The notes beneath the pieces are model-generated. The model searched no databases and was not told the origin of the DNA. It saw nothing but the letters and a program-made list of their open reading frames with translations. This document shows positions 10,176 through 19,800 of a stretch of 64,000 nt of DNA, piece by piece. Source of the stretch: Gammaproteobacteria bacterium (GTDB lineage Bacteria; Pseudomonadota; Gammaproteobacteria; Ga0077536); the NCBI GenBank assembly GCA_965223085.1, contig OZ244981.1:28397-92396 (forward strand), given 5' to 3'. Both the position numbers and the translations under genes were made by a program. Positions within the stretch are counted from its first letter, which is position 1. The number at the start of each line of letters is the position of its first letter.

Positions 10176-11387
10176 ATGTTCCAACTCGCACTAAGAAACA
10201 TACTTAGACATAAAGGCAGATTCCTAATCACCCTGGGCGCGATCGTCTTCGGTGTGATGGCATTGATTTTGAGCGGTGGTTTCGTTGCCGATGTCTTCGT
10301 GCAGCTGCGCGAAGTGACGATTCATTCACAGCTCGGGCACATTCAAATTCACAAAGCCGGTTACACCAAACTCGGCCGCCGCGCGCCCTACGATTATTTG
10401 CTGGACGATCCCGCACATCTCGCCAGCGAACTCGCAACCCTTCCTCATGTCGTGAACGTATTACAGCGCCTGGAATTCTCGGGCTTGCTCTCCAAGGGGC
10501 GGGCAGATTTACCCATCATCGGCCAAGGCATCGAACCCAATAAAGAAACCGAACTCGGCACATTCTTACGCATCGCGGCGGGCCGCCATTTAACTAACGA
10601 CGATGCCGTCGGGATTTTAGTCGGTCAAGGCGTCGCCGGCGCGCTGCAATTGAGCCCCGGTGATTTTGTCATTTTAATGGTGAACACGCCCGACGGCGCT
10701 TTGAATTCATTAGAGTTCGAAGTCGTGGGTGTGTTTCAAACATTCTCCAAGGACTTTGACGATCGCGCCGTGCAGATCCCGCTCGCGGCGGCGCAAGAAT
10801 TGCTCGTTACCGACAAGGCCCATATGGCGGTATTGCATCTCGACGACAGCGCGCACGTCGATGAAGTCGTCACGAGAATCAAAGCGTCGAATCCGCCAGA
10901 GACCTTTGATGTCTTGCGTTGGGAAGACTTGGCCGATTTTTACGCTAGCACCGTGGCGCTCTATCAACGCCAATTCGGCATATTGTTATTTATTGTCTTG
11001 CTCATGGTCATCTTAGGCGTAGCCAATAGCATCAACATGGCGATCTTCGAACGCACCGGTGAGTTCGGCACGCAAAGGGCAACGGGTGATCGGGGCCGCC
11101 GTATTTTTTATTTGATCGTCACCGAAACCGCAATCTTGGGCTTCATCGGTGCCGTGTTGGGCCTGCTCATCGGCGTCGCGCTCGCGTGGGGGATCTCGCG
11201 GCTTGGTATTCCGATGCCGCCACCGCCGAATTCAAACACCGGCTATACTGCCTACATTCGCATCGTGCCCAGCGTGCTCGTTCTTTCGTGCTTGGTCGGT
11301 TTGATCGCCAGCGTACTCGCGGCGCTGCTGCCCGCGTGGCGCACCGCACGCGTATCGATTATCGATGCGCTGCGGCAAAACGTTTGA
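10176..11387 (+). CDS. LolC/E-MacB-type ABC permease (paralog of upstream gene)
   Basis: LALRNILRH, TIHSQLGHIQ shared with the upstream permease, ERTGEFGT motif. Confidence 0.9.
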   Translation: MFQLALRNILRHKGRFLITLGAIVFGVMALILSGGFVADVFVQLREVTIHSQLGHIQIHKAGYTKLGRRAPYDYLLDDPAHLASELATLPHVVNVLQRLEFSGLLSKGRADLPIIGQGIEPNKETELGTFLRIAAGRHLTNDDAVGILVGQGVAGALQLSPGDFVILMVNTPDGALNSLEFEVVGVFQTFSKDFDDRAVQIPLAAAQELLVTDKAHMAVLHLDDSAHVDEVVTRIKASNPPETFDVLRWEDLADFYASTVALYQRQFGILLFIVLLMVILGVANSINMAIFERTGEFGTQRATGDRGRRIFYLIVTETAILGFIGAVLGLLIGVALAWGISRLGIPMPPPPNSNTGYTAYIRIVPSVLVLSCLVGLIASVLAALLPAWRTARVSIIDALRQNV

Positions 11388-11429
11388 ATTTGTTGACGGC
11401 AACTCGGTAGCGCAACACGGAACATAGTC

Positions 11430-11500
11430 GACTGGATTCCCGTTTTCACGGGAATGACGAGAAGACGCGGGGTGACGAGAAGGTGTGGAAATGACATAAC
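11430..11500 (+). repeat. REP-like palindromic element, copy 3
   Basis: gactggATTCCCgttttcacGGGAATgacgagaagacgcggggtgacgagaaggtgtggaaatgacataac. Confidence 0.8.
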
Positions 11501-11657
11501 AACGCTCGGGCAACGTGCGCATAGTAAACCCGTTTCATTAGTTTCATGCCTTTCCGTCGCGCACGTGCGCTTCCGCACATGCGCGCCGCAAACCAACTGG
11601 CTGCCCGTGCATTTATTGACCATGCTTCGTTACGAAGTCACGTAGCGGAGGGTGGTC

Positions 11658-12905
11658 ATGGCCTTATATGCGTTCGATGGAACTTGGCGGGAAGACGAAG
11701 ACGCGCCGGAGGACACCACCAATGTCGTGCGTTTCCGCGATCTCTATCGCGGTAGAACGGAATACCGTGACGGCGTCGGTACGCGCTTTTCCATTTTGGG
11801 CAAATTCTTAGGCGGCCTGTTCGGCTTCGGTGGGCGCTCGCGCGTCGAACAAATGTACGAGGCCGTGCGGGAGAATTATCGTCGCGGCGATACCGTCATC
11901 GACATCATCGGCTTCAGCCGCGGTGCGGCCTTGGCGGTGCACTTCTGCCATATTCTCGCCGACCATGGCATCGAGCTCGACGCCAACAGGACCGTGAAAC
12001 CCGAAATCCGCTTCTTGGGTTTATGGGACACCGTCGCATCGTTTGGTTTGTCGTTCGACATCGGCTCGGTTATCAATTTTCAAGACATCAATCTTGGCTG
12101 GAATATCGCATCCATTCCGGACAACGTGCGCGCTTGTGCACATGCCCTCGCGCTCGATGAGCGGCGTGAGACGTTCCGACCGCAGCGTTATGATCGCGTC
12201 GGGCTAGATTCACGCATTACCGAATTGTGGTTTCGCGGTGTGCACGCCGACATTGGCGGCGGCAATAGCAATTTGGCGCGCAACGTGATCGCGCTCACCT
12301 GGATGGTCGAACAAGCGCGCCTCGCGGGTGCGCAATTCGACGACGCCGCCTGCGCCACTGTAGCCAGCAAGGCGGACGCGGGCGCGCCGATTAAATCCAA
12401 CATCGATCCCCGTATCGACCCGCGACGCGAAACCTGCCCCGTAGATCGGGTTCATCCCAGTGCAAAGGCCAAGGCCTTGGCGCCAGGCGAGCGCGCAACG
12501 TTCACCGTCAACTCCTGCGAGCACTACAACTGGGCGGCGGTGCAATTAGAAAAAGGGGCACGGTATCGTTTCGATGTCGCCGCGAGTGAATGTTGGGAAG
12601 ACGGCGGTACCACCTGCGGCGCCGATGGATGGAGTAGCGCCTCGCACCCTTTCATCGCTACCCATGCACTGCGCGGCTTTGAACCTTACCGTCGCGTGCC
12701 CGAGGCAAACTGGTTTGAGCTCATCGGTGCCCTATCGAACGACGATGAAGAACTCTTTCGCATCGGCAGCGGCGGACCCGAGCACGATTACGTCGCGCCG
12801 CGGGATGCGGAGCTTTTTGCGTTTGCAAATGATCTCAGCACCAACTACCGCAACAATATCGGCGCCATCACCGTCGGTGTCACCCGCCTTACGGAACCAC
12901 ACTAA
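11658..12905 (+). CDS. DUF2235 (Tle1-like) alpha/beta hydrolase with C-terminal beta-sandwich domain
   Basis: FDGTW, IIGFSRGA (GxSxG), FLGLWDTVAS, HALALDERR, WFRGVHADIGGG; GGAGG RBS before ATG at 11658. Confidence 0.85.
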   Translation: MALYAFDGTWREDEDAPEDTTNVVRFRDLYRGRTEYRDGVGTRFSILGKFLGGLFGFGGRSRVEQMYEAVRENYRRGDTVIDIIGFSRGAALAVHFCHILADHGIELDANRTVKPEIRFLGLWDTVASFGLSFDIGSVINFQDINLGWNIASIPDNVRACAHALALDERRETFRPQRYDRVGLDSRITELWFRGVHADIGGGNSNLARNVIALTWMVEQARLAGAQFDDAACATVASKADAGAPIKSNIDPRIDPRRETCPVDRVHPSAKAKALAPGERATFTVNSCEHYNWAAVQLEKGARYRFDVAASECWEDGGTTCGADGWSSASHPFIATHALRGFEPYRRVPEANWFELIGALSNDDEELFRIGSGGPEHDYVAPRDAELFAFANDLSTNYRNNIGAITVGVTRLTEPH

Positions 12906-15900
12906 TGGCCATCAACTTGGCAACACGCATCGGTTGTTTACGCCGAATGATATTGATCGGCTTGCTCTATGCCGGTGTCGTCTGCGCATTGCTAGGCGGC
13001 CATTTCTTGAGCAAGGCGCATTTCGAGAAGCTCGCGCACCGGCATGCGTTTAGCAATCTCACCCAGCTAACGAAGTCCGCGGCGATCAGTGCCGCATCGT
13101 TTGGTGCGGCGTTCAAGCGTCAAATCAAGCGATATTCTAACAGCGCACTTGAGCCGCAGGAGTTAAAAATTGAGCTAACAAAAGATTTGGATGCGTTTTT
13201 CAAGCAGTTCCCGCAATTTAGTTTCAATACCAACATCGATATTGCGAGCGCCTGCGAGCAAGACAGCGATGATGTTTATTTGCAAGTACGCGCGCCGTTG
13301 TCGAGCACGGGCCAGTACGCCGCGCGCTTCAGTAGCTGCCTCGGGCGCGCCGCCAGCGATTTCGGCGTTATTGCGGAGACAGATTTGAGCGCATTATTCG
13401 ATCTCAGCACCATCGACTTGCCTTTCGAGCACTTATTCCTCGTCGACGCCAAGCATAGCGTATTGCACCGCTGGCGCCGCGAAGATCTCGGGGCACGACA
13501 CCAGGCGTTGGTGAGTGCCACAAACATGGCGACCAGCGACGTTCTCGTACGCGATGCCACCTCCTTGCTGGTCGAAAACGAACACAAGAACAATCCGCAA
13601 CAAAGCACCGCAGACACCCGAGGAAGGAAGGCGCAGCCGAACTATCAACGCAACACTAACACACGCGCCGCAGCGCACAAGGTGAATGCCGCGACCGTGC
13701 TAGAGCACACTATCGCGGGCGAGGATTACGTAATCTTTGCCGTTCCGGCAAACGCGCCGTATCCGATAACATCGCGCGTTGCACCCGCCAAGTGGCTCTA
13801 TATCGGTGTGATTTCGCGCGCTGAACTCAACGCGCAAGCACGCAGTCATGCCCGGGGTTGGGGCCTCGGTATTATCGGCGCACTGATTTTTGCGCTCTGC
13901 TCCCTGCCCTTGATAAAAGTGCATTTTCAAGGCAAGCAAATGGCTTTCACGTACCGTGATCTCGTGATAGCCACCGTCTCGGGGGTGGCGCTTATCGCGG
14001 CGGTTGCCTTAGCGATCGGCGGGCGTATCGTCTGGGAACACCGTCGTGATGAATGGTATACGCAAGCGCACCAGCTAGCACACGAACTCGACAAAAACTT
14101 CGCGCGCGAAACGGCAAAATGGGCACGCTGGATCGAAGACATCGCATCACCGTCCACCGACGCCTTAGCACGCCAGAATGGCCGCACCCGGCCGCAAGAC
14201 GATGATCCACGCCCCCACCATGCTCACATCCGCACCGCAACTGAACACTGTTCGAAGTCCGAGCCCAGACACGACGGCGTCGTTCAGCATGCAAGCTGCC
14301 CCGCTTTCGATATTTTTTTCACCACCAATAACAAAGGCGAATGGCAGACCGGTTCCGCGGTGAGTAATTTACGGGTCGAGCCGCAGCCATCCTCTTTGCA
14401 CAAGCGCGCGTACTTTCAAAGCGCATCGTTCGGCGAAACGAACGCCTGTATCGGTGAGCGTGCGCCGCTCCCGATCAGTATTGAGCAAGTTCGCGCTTAT
14501 AGTTCAGGGCGCAAATTGACGGTGCTAGCGGTGCCGTGGCAAGACTTTCGTCGTCGCACGCAGCCTGGCCCGAGCTTCGTGTCAACCGATCCGACTGGCA
14601 TAAGGCCCTGTGCCGCGAGGCGCGCAATGACACCTACGAAAGTTTTTGTCGCGGCGCTAGAAACTGAGACCTTCGTAACGGCTGCGCTGCCGCCACCGTT
14701 TGCCTACGCGGTCGTGGATCGTGCCGGCAAGGTTTTGTTTCATAGCATCGACAACTTGGCATTGGTGGAGAATATCGGCGGCGCTACCGACAATAATCCT
14801 GACCTACTCGCTGCGCTCAACAAGGGGCGTTCACGGCGCCTCGCGTTCAATTATCATACGCAAGCACATATCGGGGTCACGATACCCTTAAACGGGTTGC
14901 ACGCAGCGGGTGCTTCCCCGCCGTGGCAATTAATCGTCTTTGCGCCAAAACGCGAACTCTACGAGATCTGGAAGAACACCATGATCACCGCCGATGTGAT
15001 TGTCGCCGGGTTTCTCGGCGCTAGCGTGGTGTTGCTCAGTTTACTCGTGACCGTCTGGTACCGTGTTGTGCGGCGGCCAGATCACCGGCCGCAACTACCA
15101 TGGCCGACACCAATCTATTTGAATTCTGCCCGCAAACGCCTCCTGTGCAGCGTTGCTGTGGCGCTAATCGCCGTTAGTTGTGTTTATGCGGGCGTGAATA
15201 TCAACACCACATCGCCGTACCAATGGATAGTATGGCTCGCTTTGCTCGCTTGCACCTTAGCGATCGCCGTGGTGATCGTATTTCCCGTAAAGCAACCAAA
15301 TCGGGGCGCGACGCCACCCGGCGTCGGGGAGATCCCTGCCGCTAAGCTCACCCGCCACCATAGCGTTTGCTACGGTGCGCTTGGTGCAGTTGCGTTGTGC
15401 GTGATCGTCATTGTGCCGGCAGGGCTCGCGCTCTATCAAGCACACCAGATACAATCCAACTTGTTGCAAAAACATACCGAGCTACAGCTCGAGGCAAAAG
15501 AAAAAGCCATTCAGCAACGTCTTGCGCACAAGTACGCCCATATTCTGCACACACCGCTGCCCGCACACGCCCGTGGTCCGCACACCTACCGTGTTGTCGG
15601 TAAACCGAGCGCTGAGCAGGTTTATCGAACGAGCGCGCCCGCAATGCTCGGCATATTCAACAACTCCCGGTGGGCAACATTCTGGCATGCACCACAGCGA
15701 ACACCTTTAGGTACGCCGGCACAACACGTTACCGAACAAAAAGATCTCCTCGGCACAATACCGACCTACGCGCTATGCGTGATCACGATGCTTGCCTTGT
15801 TGTGGAGCGGCCCGCGCTGGCTGGCGCGTCGGGTACTCGGATATGGAGAGCACTACGCCCGCTGTGCGCGCCTACCTACTGATCTAAATTCCCTACGGGG

Positions 15901-16807
15901 GCAAAAAGTCATCCTGCTCGACGAACAGGGCAACACCTGGGCACGCCTCCGCAACCATTTCGGTGACGACGGTGTCGTAGACTTCAGACGCAAACCCGAA
16001 AACGCGCTATGGCAATCCTGGCTTCCCGCTCGGGATGCGGAAATCTGGTTGATCGACGGTGGCGAAGCGCCAATTTATGACCCCCATGGGCGCGCTACCA
16101 TACTTGATTTTTTCGAGATGCTTAGCGACGCGCACGGGCACGCACCGCGTACCGTAATCATTCGCTCAGCAATCGAACCAACGTTTTGGTTGGACTACGC
16201 ACGCACTGCCAGCGGCGACGACACGCCGCGCTGGGGCCGCTTAACCGCCGCCGAACGGTACCGATTTGAGCGTCTCTTAGGTGATTTCGACATTTACGCA
16301 GAACCCGCGGCAGGAAGCGCGGCCCCAAACCCGCGCGCCGACACATCGATAGGTGCTGAAGTCAATTTAAATGCCGCGCAACGCGCAAGGTTTAGATATT
16401 TATGGCGACTATCAACTTCCGAAGAGCGGCTCGTGCTGCATGAGCTCGCCCTCGGTCACATTATTAACCCGAGAAATACTGCCGTGCTCGCGAGTCTCAT
16501 CGCTCGAGGTTTGATCGAAGACAGCAAGCCTTTAAATATTACCTCGCCAGCCTTACGGCACTTTGCGTTGAGCGCAGAACCAGAGCACCGCTGGCAACAG
16601 TATGCCGATCGGCGCGGGCGCAGCACTTGGGACGCCGTTCGCGGTCCGGTAATATTCTTGATCGCGGTCTTTACCGTGTTTTTGTTGGTGCAGTTTCGCG
16701 CCCAAATGCCGGGACTTATTCCCGCGTTGACGAGTCTCATCGCAATCATCCCGGTAGTTGAGAAAATGCTGGCCTTCGGACAAGGGCGCGCAAGCATAAC
16801 AGGATGA
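12905..16807 (+). CDS. Large multi-pass membrane protein with two Cache-like extracytoplasmic domains and a degenerate NTPase/winged-helix-like cytoplasmic tail
   Basis: TM-periplasmic-TM architecture occurs twice. Cache-like signatures: KRAYFQ...SIEQVRAYSSG...VLAVP and YAVVDRAGKVLFHS. Tail LWRLSTSEERLVLHELA...LASLIARGLI is wHTH-like. TAATG overlap with the upstream gene. Confidence 0.6.
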   Translation: MAINLATRIGCLRRMILIGLLYAGVVCALLGGHFLSKAHFEKLAHRHAFSNLTQLTKSAAISAASFGAAFKRQIKRYSNSALEPQELKIELTKDLDAFFKQFPQFSFNTNIDIASACEQDSDDVYLQVRAPLSSTGQYAARFSSCLGRAASDFGVIAETDLSALFDLSTIDLPFEHLFLVDAKHSVLHRWRREDLGARHQALVSATNMATSDVLVRDATSLLVENEHKNNPQQSTADTRGRKAQPNYQRNTNTRAAAHKVNAATVLEHTIAGEDYVIFAVPANAPYPITSRVAPAKWLYIGVISRAELNAQARSHARGWGLGIIGALIFALCSLPLIKVHFQGKQMAFTYRDLVIATVSGVALIAAVALAIGGRIVWEHRRDEWYTQAHQLAHELDKNFARETAKWARWIEDIASPSTDALARQNGRTRPQDDDPRPHHAHIRTATEHCSKSEPRHDGVVQHASCPAFDIFFTTNNKGEWQTGSAVSNLRVEPQPSSLHKRAYFQSASFGETNACIGERAPLPISIEQVRAYSSGRKLTVLAVPWQDFRRRTQPGPSFVSTDPTGIRPCAARRAMTPTKVFVAALETETFVTAALPPPFAYAVVDRAGKVLFHSIDNLALVENIGGATDNNPDLLAALNKGRSRRLAFNYHTQAHIGVTIPLNGLHAAGASPPWQLIVFAPKRELYEIWKNTMITADVIVAGFLGASVVLLSLLVTVWYRVVRRPDHRPQLPWPTPIYLNSARKRLLCSVAVALIAVSCVYAGVNINTTSPYQWIVWLALLACTLAIAVVIVFPVKQPNRGATPPGVGEIPAAKLTRHHSVCYGALGAVALCVIVIVPAGLALYQAHQIQSNLLQKHTELQLEAKEKAIQQRLAHKYAHILHTPLPAHARGPHTYRVVGKPSAEQVYRTSAPAMLGIFNNSRWATFWHAPQRTPLGTPAQHVTEQKDLLGTIPTYALCVITMLALLWSGPRWLARRVLGYGEHYARCARLPTDLNSLRGQKVILLDEQGNTWARLRNHFGDDGVVDFRRKPENALWQSWLPARDAEIWLIDGGEAPIYDPHGRATILDFFEMLSDAHGHAPRTVIIRSAIEPTFWLDYARTASGDDTPRWGRLTAAERYRFERLLGDFDIYAEPAAGSAAPNPRADTSIGAEVNLNAAQRARFRYLWRLSTSEERLVLHELALGHIINPRNTAVLASLIARGLIEDSKPLNITSPALRHFALSAEPEHRWQQYADRRGRSTWDAVRGPVIFLIAVFTVFLLVQFRAQMPGLIPALTSLIAIIPVVEKMLAFGQGRASITG

Positions 16808-16841
16808 TAGTATCGCAATATTTTCCGTGGGGGAGTCGGAT

Positions 16842-19800
16842 ATGTCCAAGGATGCCAATAATCCGGTCACATTTAGAACGGTCTTCTCTGCCGAACAACA
16901 AAGCATCGATAACAACCAGAACAACGGCTACCGCTTGGGCTTGGCGCTGTCTGGCGGCGGCATCCGCAGCGCGACATTTAATCTCGGCGTACTCAAAGGA
17001 CTAGCGCGACGGGGTATCTTGCGCCAAGTCGACTATTTGTCGACCGTCTCGGGTGGGGGCTACATTGGTTCGTGGCTAGCGGCGTGGGCGCGGCGAGCGC
17101 CGGGCGGGATCGCCCAAGTCCAACAACAAATTCAAGACGTCCCCGAGCCCAAGGCGATCGCCCACCTGCGTCATTATTCGAACTATCTCACGCCGCGCGT
17201 GGGATTTTTGAGCGCTGATTTTTGGACCGGTCTCGCGACGCACTTTCGTAACACAGCGTTGAACTTGTGCGTGCTCGTGCCCATGTTAATGGCCTTGTTA
17301 TGTTTGCCCTACATTTTTACTTGGATCGGCGTGCAAACTCGGGCGACGTTTTGGGCGCCCTGGACACTCGCCGCTGGCGGCGCTCTGCTCATCGCGACCA
17401 TGGTCTACGCCGGCGCGCGCGCCCGCACACCAAGCGCGGACGACTCGCATAAAAACGCCGAAAGTGAGGTGCGCGAGCGCATTTCATCCGATGCGCTAGG
17501 CGCGCTGTTGGGCGTTTTGTTCCTGTTCTCGTGCTGGTTGAGCGCCCAAGCACTGACCTCGGCGTGGCTCGCGGACATCCGGCCGCAGCACCCCGGCATG
17601 TGGGCGTTGTGCGGCGGGATCATTGCGTTCGCCACCACGATGGCGCTGGCGTTCTATTTGCTCAACCGCCGGCGCTTGTCGCAAAAATCTTACGATGGCT
17701 GCTATGTGTGGTCTTTGGCCTTAGCAAGTTTCGGTGGCGGCGCCACGAGCGGCTGTTTACTCGCCCTCATCGCCGGCGGCCTAGGTGCAAATAGTGCTAT
17801 TTGGTCACTGCTCCTCGCCACCCCTTTAGTGGTTATCGCGGTCGGCAGTGGTATCGGCATTTATATCGGTATAATGGGCGGCTTGCTGTCTGAGGCAGCA
17901 CGCGAATGGTGGGCGCGCTTCGCTGCCTGGGTCGCCATCGCGACCACGGCCTGGTGCCTATTGCACAGCTTTGCTTATGTCGTCCCACAACTTTACAAGA
18001 GCGTAGATAAGAACAACTTATACCTTAGCGTATCCTCGGTAGCCTGGACGTTGTTGAGCGTCATTGGGGTTGGCATCGGTCGCAGTCGCTTCACCGGCAG
18101 TCCCACGTCAAATGCGGTGCTGGAAATCTTTGCCCGCGCGACGCCGTATATTTTTGTTCTCGGCCTGTTTGCCGTTGCCGGTATCGCCAACAGCGTCGTG
18201 CTAAGCAAAGTCACTGACTGCCAATTTTCGGGCTTGTTGTTAGAGAGCGCGGCTATCTGTGCGGGCGGCACCGCACCTGCATTATCGTTCAGCCTCGCCG
18301 TTGGGGGGCTGTTTGTTCTCGTTGTCGTGTTTCTCGCCACGCGCATCGACATCAACTTATTTTCGTTTCATTCCTTTTATAGTAATCGGCTCATGCGCTG
18401 TTACTTGGGTGCGAGTCGCGACCCCGCGGCCCGGCGCCCGAACGGTTTTTCGCAGTTCGACCTTCATGATGATCTGGACTTGGCGCCGCCCAAGGATGAT
18501 ACGCACCCACTGAAACCGCTGCATATCGTGAACGCCGCCCTGAACGTCAGCAAAAGTGAAAACCTCGCCTGGCAGGAACGCAAAGCGCTGTCCTTTGCGT
18601 TAACGCCGTTGTACTGCGGCTACGCCACTGACCCGACGTTAGCGCACGGCGAGGATGACGGGGCCCGCAGCTACTGCCCCACCGCAGCCTTTATGAAAGA
18701 ACCTCGCTACCGCGGCGGGAAATTGGGTCTCGCTACCGCCATGGCAATATCAGGCGCCGCCGCAAGCCCCAACATGGGCCACCATACTTCGCCTGCGCTG
18801 GCATTCTTGCTCACTGTGTTCAACGTCAGGCTCGGACGCTGGATGCGCAACCCCCGCGTGCCGATAAACACCGCCCGCAACGTCAGTAACTGGCGCCGCT
18901 CGATCCAAGCCAGTGAGATATTTCGCATCCGCTATTTGTTAATGGAGCTATTTGGCGCGACCACCGAAAGCGACGACTATGTTTATCTCAGCGATGGCGG
19001 ACACTTCGATAATCTCGGCATTTATGAACTCGTGCGGCGCGGCTGTCGCTACATTATCGCGAGCGATGCGGGCGCCGATCCCAACTATCAATTCGAGGAT
19101 CTGGGTAACGCAATACGCAAATGCCGCATCGATTTCGGCGTGTCTATCGATCTCGACCCGTCCGTGATTCGGCCCCGCGATGAAACGGGTTTGAGCACTG
19201 CTACCTGCGTCATCGGCAAAATTGACTATGGCAGCTACAATCCAAGCGGCACGGCACAGAGGCTCGCGCCGGGCTGGTTGCTGTATTTGAAAGCTTCGGT
19301 GCTCGGTGCGGAAGATCCCGACGTCATGCAATATCGTAATCGCTGCCCCGATTTTCCCCACGAGCCAACGTCCGATCAGTGGTTCAGCGAATCGCAATTC
19401 GAAAGTTACAAGACCCTGGGCGAAACCATCGCGGTGCGCGCGTTTGAGTCCGTCGACAAGCTCGAGGTCATCGACGACAGCGTCTTTCACCAATTGCATA
19501 GTATTTGGGCGCCGGCGAGCGCCAGCACGCATAAGAATTTCACCCGCCACGTGCACTCCCTGCAGCAACTCACCGAGGAACTAAAAGCGAGCTCACAACT
19601 GGCGTTTCTCGATGAGCAAATCATTCCCGAATGGCCGTATCTGTTGAGTGGCGAAGCAGCCGTCGAATCGGATCCAGCGCGCATGTGGCTGCCCGAAGGC
19701 GATCATTTGCGCCGTCTCGGGTTTTATTACTGCAGCCGGTTTATCCAGCTCATGGAAGCTGTGTATTTGGATTTAGACCTGGACTCGGAGTGGCGACACC

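Noticed and set aside
11658-12905. Type VI secretion effector locus
   Set aside because: No vgrG, PAAR, adaptor or lipoprotein immunity gene in the window; DUF2235 alone is insufficient
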